In this document: piece after piece, positions 47,918-56,228 of the stretch
How positions within the stretch are numbered: position 1 is the first letter of the stretch
How the letters are laid out: each line of letters begins with the position of its first letter
Source of the DNA: Gemmatimonadales bacterium
Lineage (GTDB): Bacteria > Gemmatimonadota > Gemmatimonadetes > Gemmatimonadales > GWC2-71-9
NCBI GenBank assembly: GCA_041577295.1
Contig: JBFGJG010000026.1
Span: 1-64,000 of the forward strand
Direction of reading: 5' to 3'
Length of the DNA stretch: 64,000 nucleotides
The notes under the pieces: generated by a model
The model's database searches: none
Told to the model about the DNA's origin: nothing
What the model saw: the letters and a program-made list of their open reading frames with translations, nothing else
Program-made: the position numbers and the translations under genes

Positions 47918-48127
47918 ATGCCGGGTAGCCCGCGAAGGGAAGGGCCTGCCGACCCGACAGAACGCGGGAAGGCGCGCTTCCCAGACACCCCGAATGCGAA
48001 AAACCCGACGCCGGCCGACAACCGTTGTTTGCGGTGCGGATTCGAAGTGTTACCGGCCCCGGCAGGCTGCAAGCACCCCTGTCCCAACTGTGGCTTCATC
48101 TACCCCTTGGGGGACTGTTCGGACTGA
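47918..48127 (+). CDS. Small Cys-rich zinc-finger-like protein
   Basis: CLRCG...CKHPCPNCG...CSD at the C-terminus. Confidence 0.6.
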   Translation: MPGSPRREGPADPTERGKARFPDTPNAKNPTPADNRCLRCGFEVLPAPAGCKHPCPNCGFIYPLGDCSD

Positions 48128-48189
48128 GCGGCGCCATTTTCCTTGATTTCGAGTGGCGCCGGGAGAATATTTCCCGAAGGAGGTTACGT

Positions 48190-48654
48190 TTGCGCGTCAC
48201 AACCTGGGCCGAGTACGGACTCATCGTATCGCTGCACCTTGCAAAGTTCGGCGGCAAGAGTCCTACGCCCGCCCGCGACATGGCGGAACGTGAGGGGCTC
48301 CCACCGGATTATGTGGAGCAGATCCTCCTCAAACTCCGTCGTGCCGGGTTGGTTTCAAGCGTGCGTGGTGCAAAAGGCGGATATTACCTCGCGAAGGACC
48401 CAAGTCGGGTCACAGTGAAGGACGTAATCGAGGCTGCCGAGGATCACACCTTTGAAGTCAATTGTGATGTGCACGTCGTCGATCCCGAGCGGTGCCGTCC
48501 GGAGGCATCGTGTAGCATTCGGCCGGTGTGGAGGGCGCTGCAGCAACGGATCGACGAGTTGCTTGAGGGCATCTCGCTGGCAGATCTGATGAGCGAAGAA
48601 CCGGCGGTCCAAGAGCTGGTCAGCATCAGTCGCACCGAGGTGGGGAACCGTTAG
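48190..48654 (+). CDS. Rrf2-family transcriptional regulator (IscR-like, three Cys)
   Basis: EYG, YVEQIL..LRRAGLV.SVRG.KGGY.LA; C-x9-C-x5-C; GGAGG RBS before TTG 48190. Confidence 0.92.
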   Translation: MRVTTWAEYGLIVSLHLAKFGGKSPTPARDMAEREGLPPDYVEQILLKLRRAGLVSSVRGAKGGYYLAKDPSRVTVKDVIEAAEDHTFEVNCDVHVVDPERCRPEASCSIRPVWRALQQRIDELLEGISLADLMSEEPAVQELVSISRTEVGNR

Positions 48655-48683
48655 CAGCGAAGACGGTTTTTTTATTTGAGGTG

Positions 48684-48708
48684 AAACCCGAGTCATACTG
48701 TCGGGTAT
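48684..48708 (+). promoter_or_regulatory. IscR type-1-like operator upstream of cysM-like gene
   Basis: AAACCCGAGTCATACTGTCGGGTAT; ACCCGA/TCGGGT inverted repeat; 21 of 25 positions fit ATASYYGACTRWWWYAGTCRRSTAT by manual count. Confidence 0.65.
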
Positions 48709-48744
48709 TTTCTGGGACACCCATGTAACCGTCTCGAGGACAGC

Positions 48745-49716
48745 ATGTTGCGAGTGGAGACAGCCCGTCGGGAGCGGGTGAAGCCGAGCGGTCCTGCGCA
48801 CGAGCCGCCGCTGTGGGATCTCGTGGGTCACACACCACTGGTGCCACTGCGGCTCAGTGTCGACGGTCACGCTCCCACCGTCTACCTCAAGGCCGAGTGG
48901 TTCAATCCCGGTGGCTCAGTAAAGGACCGCCCGGCCCGTGAGATCCTGCGTGCCGGTCTCGCGCTCGGGGCGCTGCCCGGGCGCCGTTTGCTCGACGCGT
49001 CGAGTGGAAACACCGCGATTGCGTACGCGATGCTCGGGGCCGCCGCCGCGATCGGGGTCACGGTTTGTGTGCCGGCGAATGTGACGACTGAGCGATTGGC
49101 CTTGCTAGAGGCGTACGGCGCCGACGTGATCGAGACCGATCCACTCGAGGGAACCGACGGAGCCATCATCAGGGCACGGCAGCTTGCGGATCGGTGGCCG
49201 GAGCGATTCTGGTACGCCGATCAGTACGGCAACTCAGCGAACGTCGCCGCGCACCGTCGAACGACTGGACCGGAGATCTGGCGACAAACCGAGACGAGGA
49301 TCACGCACCTCATCGCGGGAGTAGGTACCAGCGGCACATTGATGGGGGTTGGCCAGTTCCTCAAGGAGCAGGAGCCCACGGTTCGGGTGATTGGCGTGCA
49401 GCCGGACGCGCCGTTTCACGGTCTGGAAGGCTTGAAACACATGGCGACCGCCATCGTCCCGCCCATCTTCGATCCCAACGCGGCAGACGAGATGATTGCG
49501 GTGACTACCGAGGCGGCAGATGACGCTGTTCGGTGGCTCGCACGGGAGCGAGGGATCTTTGTCGGGTGGTCGACCGGGGCCGCGGTCGTCGCGGCGCGTC
49601 AGGTGATCCGCGGCCTTTCCGACGCCGACCGCCGCGACATGGTGATGGTGGTGGTCGCACCGGATAGCGGGCAGCGCTACCTGTCGGAGCGTGATCGGTT
49701 GATGGAGATGCGATGA
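48745..49716 (+). CDS. cysM: PLP-dependent cysteine synthase family (CysM-like)
   Basis: VGHTPL, NPGGSVKDR, SSGNT, GVGTSGT, GLEGLK, PDSG.RYLS. Confidence 0.85.
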   Translation: MLRVETARRERVKPSGPAHEPPLWDLVGHTPLVPLRLSVDGHAPTVYLKAEWFNPGGSVKDRPAREILRAGLALGALPGRRLLDASSGNTAIAYAMLGAAAAIGVTVCVPANVTTERLALLEAYGADVIETDPLEGTDGAIIRARQLADRWPERFWYADQYGNSANVAAHRRTTGPEIWRQTETRITHLIAGVGTSGTLMGVGQFLKEQEPTVRVIGVQPDAPFHGLEGLKHMATAIVPPIFDPNAADEMIAVTTEAADDAVRWLARERGIFVGWSTGAAVVAARQVIRGLSDADRRDMVMVVVAPDSGQRYLSERDRLMEMR

Positions 49717-50150
49717 TCATCTCGCGTAGGGTGGTGGGGGAGATTCGCCGTGCGCTCGAAGCGGCGTATCCGCGTGAGGGCTGCGGTCTCTTGCTGGGCG
49801 AGATGGACGATCAGGTCCGCGTCCGGCGCCACATTGTCGCGCAGAATCGGCGCGTCGAAGATCGGGCTGCGGAGCGGAGGTACCTCATCGACCCGCAGGA
49901 TTTCCGCGACATCGCGCAGGCCGCGCATCAGGAGGGTCTGGAGATCGTGGGCGTGTACCATTCACATCCGGACGTGCCGCCCGAGCCATCTGCGTACGAC
50001 CGAGAGCACGCATGGCCCTGGTATCACTATCTGATCGTGTCGGTGGTCAGGGGAACCGCGCAAGAGATGCGGGTGTGGCAACTGACTGAGGACCGTGCGG
50101 CGTTCGTCGAGCGAACGGTAGACATTCTCAATTCTGGAGAGGGCAGATGA
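49713..50150 (+). CDS. JAMM/MPN+ (Mov34) metalloprotease, Mec-like
   Basis: EGCG; YHSHPD...PS..D JAMM motif; ATGA overlaps with both neighbours. Confidence 0.92.
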   Translation: MIISRRVVGEIRRALEAAYPREGCGLLLGEMDDQVRVRRHIVAQNRRVEDRAAERRYLIDPQDFRDIAQAAHQEGLEIVGVYHSHPDVPPEPSAYDREHAWPWYHYLIVSVVRGTAQEMRVWQLTEDRAAFVERTVDILNSGEGR

Positions 50151-51583
50151 CGGTCATCGTGCATATTCCAACGCCACTTCGTTCGTTCACGGAAGGGCAC
50201 GCGACGATTTCTGTGCCTCCGGGAACCGTGGGTCAGGTGTTTGAACAGATTCGCGGCACCTATCAGAAGCTGAGCCCTCATATCTTTCAGGAAGACGGCC
50301 GATTGCGCAGCTTCGTCAATGTCTTCGTAAACGATCAGGATATTCGCGCGCTCGACCACACCGAGACCCGCGTCAAGGAGGGCGATGAGATCTCGATCAT
50401 TCCGAGCATCGCCGGAGGAGCCACGGAAGTGAAGCCGGCCGAGCTGCCGGAGTTGTCGCACGGAGAGATCCTACGGTACTCGCGGCATCTGATCCTTCCC
50501 GAGGTGGGACCGCAGGGGCAGCGGCGGCTCAAGGCCGGGCGGGTCCTGCTCATTGGCGCGGGCGGGTTGGGTTCGCCCGCTTCGCTCTACCTCGCTGCGG
50601 CGGGTGTGGGCACCATCGGTCTCGTAGACTTTGACGCCGTCGATCAAACCAACCTGCAACGACAGATCGTGCACGGGTCTAGCACGGTGGGCGTCTCCAA
50701 ACTCGATTCCGCCGAGGCGCGGCTGCTTGACTTGAACCCGCACATTGAGATCGAGACGTTCGAGACACGGCTAACGTCGGACAATGCGCTCGACATCATG
50801 CGGGGGTTTGACGTCGTCGTGGATGGGACGGACAACTTCCCCACGCGGTACCTAGTGAATGACGCCTGTGTCTTGCTTCGAATCCCGTACGTGTACGGGT
50901 CCATCTTTCGGTTCGAGGGACAGGCCTCCGTCTTCGCACACGAGGGTGGCCCCTGTTACCGCTGCCTGTTTCGCGAGCCGCCGCCACCGGGTCTCGTGCC
51001 GTCGTGTGCGGAAGGTGGGGTCCTCGGCGTGTTACCCGGCATCATTGGGAGCATTCAGGCTCTCGAGGCGATGAAGTTGCTCTTGAATCGAGGCGACACG
51101 CTGGTGGGCAGGCTACTGCTGTTCGATGCGCTCAAGCTCCGGTTCCGAGAGCTGAAGCTCCGTCGCGATCCCGAGTGCCCGTTGTGCGGCGAGCACCCCA
51201 CGGTGCGAGAGCTGATCGATTACGAGGCGTTCTGTGGTGTGGGGGAGCCTTCGGCGAGCCATGCCGACGTCGAAATAACCAGCCGCGAGGTGGCCGAGGC
51301 GCTGCACGATCGCGACGATGTGGTGCTGGTCGATGTCCGCGAGCCGTTTGAGTGGGAGATTTGCCACATTGAAAGCTCGCGGCTCATGCCCTTGGGTGAG
51401 TTGCCTGATCGGCTGAACGAGTTGGATGGACACCAGACGATCGTGACGCTCTGTCACCGCGGAGCACGCTCGCTCCGCGCGCTCGAGATCCTCAAGGCAG
51501 CGGGGTTCTCGAAGGTCCACAGCATGCGCGGTGGGATCGACGCGTGGGCCGCCGAGGTAGATGCGACGATGGCGAGATACTAG
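50147..51583 (+). CDS. moeB: Fusion: MoaD/CysO-like ubiquitin-like sulfur carrier + MoeB/ThiF E1 adenylyltransferase + rhodanese
   Basis: N-terminal IPTPLR...FVNVFVN..DIR...GDEISIIPSIAGG; RYSRH, GAGGLG, NLQRQ, PCYRC, SCAEGG, CPLC; rhodanese DVRE..E, CHRGARS, GGIDAW. Confidence 0.9.
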   Translation: MTVIVHIPTPLRSFTEGHATISVPPGTVGQVFEQIRGTYQKLSPHIFQEDGRLRSFVNVFVNDQDIRALDHTETRVKEGDEISIIPSIAGGATEVKPAELPELSHGEILRYSRHLILPEVGPQGQRRLKAGRVLLIGAGGLGSPASLYLAAAGVGTIGLVDFDAVDQTNLQRQIVHGSSTVGVSKLDSAEARLLDLNPHIEIETFETRLTSDNALDIMRGFDVVVDGTDNFPTRYLVNDACVLLRIPYVYGSIFRFEGQASVFAHEGGPCYRCLFREPPPPGLVPSCAEGGVLGVLPGIIGSIQALEAMKLLLNRGDTLVGRLLLFDALKLRFRELKLRRDPECPLCGEHPTVRELIDYEAFCGVGEPSASHADVEITSREVAEALHDRDDVVLVDVREPFEWEICHIESSRLMPLGELPDRLNELDGHQTIVTLCHRGARSLRALEILKAAGFSKVHSMRGGIDAWAAEVDATMARY

Positions 51584-51608
51584 AGGGATCGAGGGGATGA
51601 GGGATCAC

Positions 51609-51640
51609 AAAGACGGCGGCGAGTATTCGCCGCCGTCTTT
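51609..51640. terminator. Bidirectional intrinsic terminator between moeB fusion and tRNA-Leu
   Basis: AAAGACGGCGGCGA-GTAT-TCGCCGCCGTCTTT, perfect 14-bp stem. Confidence 0.8.
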
Positions 51641-51670
51641 CCGTTTCGTCGTTTCAGCTGTTCGTGTCGA

Positions 51671-51754
51671 TGCCGAAGGTGGGATTCGAACCCACACGGG
51701 CTTGCGCCCACTGCGCCCTGAACGCAGCGCGTCTACCAGTTCCACCACTTCGGC
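51671..51754 (-). tRNA. tRNA-Leu (anticodon CAG); CCA not encoded
   Basis: Reverse complement GCCGAAG...CTTCGGC-A, anticodon arm CTGCG-TTCAGGG-CGCAG, long variable arm GGGC-GCAA-GCCC, GGTTCGAATCC. Confidence 0.97.
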
Positions 51755-51966
51755 GTGAGGTCGGTGCGCGAGAAAAGATAGACGGCGCCGAGAGTCGCGG
51801 CAACCGGCCGGCGTGCGTGGCGGAACACCACCTCTGTGCCGAAGTTGTCGAGTGGGCCGAGGACGATCTGTTCGAGGTGCTGCCGTGATCCGCTGGCGCG
51901 CCGGTTTCGCGCTGGAACTCTTGTGGGAACTTTTCGGCGGCCCGATGGTCTTTCTACACAGCGCCC

Positions 51967-52104
51967 ATGATGACGATTCGCCTCTCCACCCGCCGCTACG
52001 ATCTCGCGCTCCGCGTCCTCCACAACGCGTGGCACGAAGGAGATCATGCGCTCTACGAGGCATACCTCGAGGCGCTGGTCATCGGAATGGCAGAGGCAGC
52101 ATAG
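51967..52104 (+). CDS. Candidate 45-aa small protein not in the ORF track
   Basis: MMTIRLSTRRYDLALRVLHNAWHEGDHALYEAYLEALVIGMAEAA; mostly G/C third positions; no clear RBS. Confidence 0.4.
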   Translation: MMTIRLSTRRYDLALRVLHNAWHEGDHALYEAYLEALVIGMAEAA

Positions 52105-52311
52105 CCAGAAGCGACAAAAGAGACAGAGGGCAGTAGGCTTCTCAGGAACAGCCTATCCCCTCTCGTCCCCTCAGTCCCACCATCCCCTCCAAATTGACAG
52201 CTCACTACGCTCTTGCAAATTCTGTAGGCAAGCCCGCAACGAGGGCTCTCCGTGTTGACGAGTCCAGCCCTCGCGATGAACGATCTGTTTCCTGCCTGCG
52301 GAGACTCCAAA

Positions 52312-53940
52312 ATGCGCGGATTGATGATGGACCGCCCACTGCTCATTTCCTCACTCCTCAGCCATGCAGCGAACGTCTTCCGAGATCAGGAGATTGTGTC
52401 GCGAACGGTCGAGGGGGTGATCCATCGCTACCGCTATGCCGAAGCGGAACGACGGGCAAAGCAGGTAGCGAATGCGCTCAGGGGTCTGGGCTTGGGGGAG
52501 GGGGACCGTGTGGGGACCATCGCCTGGAACGGTCATCGGCACTTCGAGCTGTACTTTGGCGTCTCCGGGGTAGGCGGTGTCTGTCATACGATGAATCCCC
52601 GGCTGCACCACCGCGAGCTTGCCTACATCATCAATCACGCCAAGGACCGCTTCCTCTTCGTTGATACGACGTTCCTCCCGTTGGTCCGGGCCATCGCGCA
52701 CCGTCTCAAATCCGTACAACACATCGTCGTGTTGTGTGACCGCGCGAACCTGCCCGACACACCGCTCAACAACGTCTTGACGTACGAGGAGCTCGTCCTC
52801 AGCCACTCCGATCAGCTCGAGTGGCCTGAATTCGATGACCGAACCGCATCTTCGCTGTGCTACACGTCCGGGACCACGGGAAAGCCAAAGGGCGTGCTGT
52901 ACAGCCACCGCTCTACCGTCATTCACTCGTATGCCATCGCGCTGCCCGACGCGCTGGACCTCGGTATCGCCACCAGCATTCTGCCAGTGGTGCCGATGTT
53001 CCACGCGAACGCGTGGGGGCTGCCGTACGCCGCGGCGTTGACAGGTGCCAAGCTGGTCTTTCCCGGTCCCGCTTTGGACGGGAAATCGCTCACCGAGCTC
53101 ATGAACGGGGAAGGAGTCACCGTCGCGGCCGGGGTGCCCACCGTGTGGTTGGGGTTGCTCAATCATTGGCGCGAGCACGAGACGAAGGTTGCCAGTCTCG
53201 AGCGTGTGGTGGTAGGCGGATCGGCACCACCTCGCTCCATGATTCAGGCATTCGAGGAGGAGTTTGGGATCGACTTTCGACACGCCTGGGGCATGACCGA
53301 AATGAGTCCGTTGGGGACTGTCAACGTGCTCACGCCGTCGCAGCAAGGCGCACCCGGCGGAGAACGGTACGATCTCAAGTGTAAGCAGGGGCGTCCCGTC
53401 TACGGTGTGGAGCTGGAGATCTTCGACGAACAGGGCCGTCCCCTCCCGCACGACGGGAAGACGTTTGGTGAGGTACGGGTACGGGGACCCTGGATTAGCA
53501 GCCGGTATTTCCGCCAGCGACGATCCAAGAGTCACGACGGCGATGGATGGTTTGCCACAGGTGACATCGCGACGCTCGACCCCAGCGGCATGATGCAGAT
53601 CACCGATCGCAAAAAGGACCTGGTCAAGTCCGGTGGAGAGTGGATCAGCTCGATCGAGTTGGAGAACCTCGCGGCGGGTCACCCGGACGTCGCGCAGGCG
53701 GCGGTCATTGGGATTCCCCATGAGAAATGGACGGAGCGACCGCTTCTGGTCGTGCAGGCCAAAAAGGGTCGGTCACCGACGAAAGACGACCTGCTCGCGT
53801 TTCTCAAGGGGAAAGTCCCAGACTGGTGGCTGCCGGATGACGTAATCTTCGAAGCGGAGTTGCCGCTCGGTGGAACCGGGAAAGTCCAGAAGGCAAAACT
53901 GCGTGAAAAGTACGACGACCGGTACGCCGCGGCACGCTGA
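52312..53940 (+). CDS. Medium/long-chain acyl-CoA ligase (AlkK/DmdB-like)
   Basis: [56 protein letters not shown]. Confidence 0.92.
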   Translation: MRGLMMDRPLLISSLLSHAANVFRDQEIVSRTVEGVIHRYRYAEAERRAKQVANALRGLGLGEGDRVGTIAWNGHRHFELYFGVSGVGGVCHTMNPRLHHRELAYIINHAKDRFLFVDTTFLPLVRAIAHRLKSVQHIVVLCDRANLPDTPLNNVLTYEELVLSHSDQLEWPEFDDRTASSLCYTSGTTGKPKGVLYSHRSTVIHSYAIALPDALDLGIATSILPVVPMFHANAWGLPYAAALTGAKLVFPGPALDGKSLTELMNGEGVTVAAGVPTVWLGLLNHWREHETKVASLERVVVGGSAPPRSMIQAFEEEFGIDFRHAWGMTEMSPLGTVNVLTPSQQGAPGGERYDLKCKQGRPVYGVELEIFDEQGRPLPHDGKTFGEVRVRGPWISSRYFRQRRSKSHDGDGWFATGDIATLDPSGMMQITDRKKDLVKSGGEWISSIELENLAAGHPDVAQAAVIGIPHEKWTERPLLVVQAKKGRSPTKDDLLAFLKGKVPDWWLPDDVIFEAELPLGGTGKVQKAKLREKYDDRYAAAR

Positions 53941-54007
53941 CTTGGCACGTTGCGTGCAGCGCGGGAGTGATGTGATTCCCCAAAACTCCTGATCGAGGTC
54001 GTTCACC

Positions 54008-55480
54008 ATGGCTACGAGTGCCAGCGACGTTGCGACGGACAGCGTGCATGCGCTCCGCCACCGCATCGTGGGCGTCGATACAATGGTCCCGCTCCTCGAC
54101 GGGCGGACCGCGCCCTATCTCAACCTGGACAATGCCGCCAGCACCCCGCCGCTTCGGGATGTCGTGGAAGCGCTCGAGCGTTATCTGCCGCTCTATTCGA
54201 GCGTTCATCGTGGTACTGGATTCAAGTCGCGATTGAGCACGGCGGCGTACGATCGGGCACATCAAATCATCGGTGCATTCGTTGGAGCCGACCCGGAGAC
54301 CAACACCGTCATCTTTGGCAAGAACACCACCGAGGCAATCAACAAGCTGGCCTTTCGGCTGGACCTCCCTGCCGGCTCTGTGGTGCTTTCGACGTGTATG
54401 GAGCACCACTCGAACGATTTGCCGTGGCGACCGCGAGCCGCCATGGTGCATGCTCGGGCGACTCCCGAAGGGCGTCTCGACGAAGCAGACTTCGACCGTC
54501 AACTGGAGCGTTATGGCAACCGGGTAGCGCTGGTCGCGGTGAGCGGCGCATCCAACGTCAGCGGGTTCGTCCAACCGATCCACCGGCTCGCCCGCAAGGC
54601 GCATTCGGTGGGTGCCAAGATTTTGGTGGACGCCGCGCAGCTCGCGCCACACCGTCCGGTCGACATGAAAGCGGATGACGACCCCGAACATCTGGATTTC
54701 GTGGTGCTCTCGGCGCACAAGATGTACGCCCCCTTTGGCACCGGTGCGCTGATTGGAGCAAAAGAGGTGTTTCTTCGCACGCCGCCGGAATACCGCGGTG
54801 GTGGAACCGTGGACGCCGTGACGTTAGAGGACGTTTACTGGGCGGGCTTACCAGATCGGGACGAAGCCGGCAGCCCCAATGTCGTGGGCGCGATCGCCAT
54901 GGCCGTGGCGGCCCGAGCGCTCATGGATGTGGGAATGGATCGCATCGCCGAGCACGAGAACGATCTGGTAAGGTATGCGCTGGAACGGCTGCACTCACTG
55001 CCCGCCGTCCGCCTCTACGGCGAGAGTGACCCGGCACGAGCGCGAGAAAAGGTCGGTGTCATTCCGTTCAACCTCGAAGGTGTGTCGCACGCGCTGGTCG
55101 CTTCGGTGCTGGGGTATGAAGGCGGGATCGGGGTGCGCCACGGCTGCTTTTGTGCGCACCCTTACGTCGTGCACCTGCTCCAATTATCCGAAGAGGAGGC
55201 GCTGCGATGGCGCGAGCAGGTCGCGCGAGGCGACAAATCCGAAATGCCCGGCATGGTACGCGCGAGCTTCGGTTGCTACAACACAGTGGAAGACGTCGAT
55301 CGCCTCGTGGCGATGCTCGACCAGATCGCACGAGGCGCGTATCACGGGACGTACCGGATGCAGCCGGGCTCCGGTGAATACGTCCCCGAAGGGTACGAGG
55401 AGCCATTCACCGACTTTTTCGATCTCGCCCTTCCGTCCGGGATGGAGACGTCTGTGAATCCGCGCATGTGCGGAGGATGA
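54008..55480 (+). CDS. Class V PLP aminotransferase, cysteine desulfurase (SufS)-like
   Basis: LDNAAST, NTTEAIN, EHHSN, DAAQ, SAHKMY, EAGSPN, VRHGCFCAHP, RASFG.YN. Confidence 0.9.
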   Translation: MATSASDVATDSVHALRHRIVGVDTMVPLLDGRTAPYLNLDNAASTPPLRDVVEALERYLPLYSSVHRGTGFKSRLSTAAYDRAHQIIGAFVGADPETNTVIFGKNTTEAINKLAFRLDLPAGSVVLSTCMEHHSNDLPWRPRAAMVHARATPEGRLDEADFDRQLERYGNRVALVAVSGASNVSGFVQPIHRLARKAHSVGAKILVDAAQLAPHRPVDMKADDDPEHLDFVVLSAHKMYAPFGTGALIGAKEVFLRTPPEYRGGGTVDAVTLEDVYWAGLPDRDEAGSPNVVGAIAMAVAARALMDVGMDRIAEHENDLVRYALERLHSLPAVRLYGESDPARAREKVGVIPFNLEGVSHALVASVLGYEGGIGVRHGCFCAHPYVVHLLQLSEEEALRWREQVARGDKSEMPGMVRASFGCYNTVEDVDRLVAMLDQIARGAYHGTYRMQPGSGEYVPEGYEEPFTDFFDLALPSGMETSVNPRMCGG

Positions 55481-55709
55481 GCACTCCGGCTGACCCGCTG
55501 GAGTCCGACGCTCTCCGTGCGCAAAGCCAGACGTACGGTCTTTCGAGAGGATCGGGCGGTATCGTGGGTGGCGAGACGGTGGGCCCGACCGTAGTAGCAT
55601 TCCCCACGAAGCGGCTGACGCTAATCGGCCAGGTCACACGCATGACTGAGATGTAGAATGGTAGCGCCCCGAGGGGAGCGTAATCCGATCCCGCCGATCC
55701 ATCCCCAAC

Positions 55710-55737
55710 TTGACAGCCGGAACCGGTTTTCTATCTT
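55710..55737 (+). promoter_or_regulatory. Putative sigma70 promoter of smpB operon
   Basis: TTGACA-16 nt-TATCTT shortly before GTG 55749. Confidence 0.55.
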
Positions 55738-55748
55738 CGACTTAGCAC

Positions 55749-56228
55749 GTGTCAGCTAAAGCCAAGCAGCAAGTTCCCACCGGGCGGGTCGTCGCCCGGA
55801 ACCCCAAGGCCCGCCACGAATACCATATTCTGGACACGTGGGAGGCGGGCCTCGTCCTTACCGGGAGCGAAATCAAGTCCGTTCGGGCAGGCAAGGTCAG
55901 TCTCAAAGGAGCATACGGTGTGATCCGCCGGGGGGAGGTGTGGCTCGTCGGAATGAACATTGCCACATATGAGTCCGGCGGATACGCAAACCATGAGCCG
56001 ACCCGCTCGCGCAAGGTCTTGATGCATCGATCGCAGATTCGGCGGCTGATCGGTGCCCTCGAGCGCAAAGGCCTCACGTTGGTACCGCTGGATGTGCACC
56101 TCAAGGAGGGCTGGGCCAAGGTGACACTGGGATTGGCACAAGGGAAGAAGGTCCACGACAAGCGCGAGGATCTCAAGCGGCGAGACGCAGAGCGTGAAGC
56201 GTCTCGGGCGATGGGCAGGCGTCGATGA
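55749..56228 (+). CDS. smpB: SsrA-binding protein
   Basis: NPKARHEY, EAGLVLTGSEIKS.R, RKVL.H, GKKVHDKRE. Confidence 0.97.
   Translation: MSAKAKQQVPTGRVVARNPKARHEYHILDTWEAGLVLTGSEIKSVRAGKVSLKGAYGVIRRGEVWLVGMNIATYESGGYANHEPTRSRKVLMHRSQIRRLIGALERKGLTLVPLDVHLKEGWAKVTLGLAQGKKVHDKREDLKRRDAEREASRAMGRRR

Noticed and set aside
51733..52136. ORF-track entries 51733-52047(-), 51605-52063(-) and 51813-52136(+)
   Set aside because: Overlap the tRNA or look like low-complexity shadow translations
55477..55656. 59-aa ORF overlapping the SufS-like stop (ATGA) with an upstream GGAGG
   Set aside because: No recognisable motif and weak coding signal; cannot be supported without homologs
55481..55748. tmRNA (ssrA) next to smpB
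   Set aside because: No GGGG.. 5' end, T-arm/CCA 3' end or tag reading frame seen
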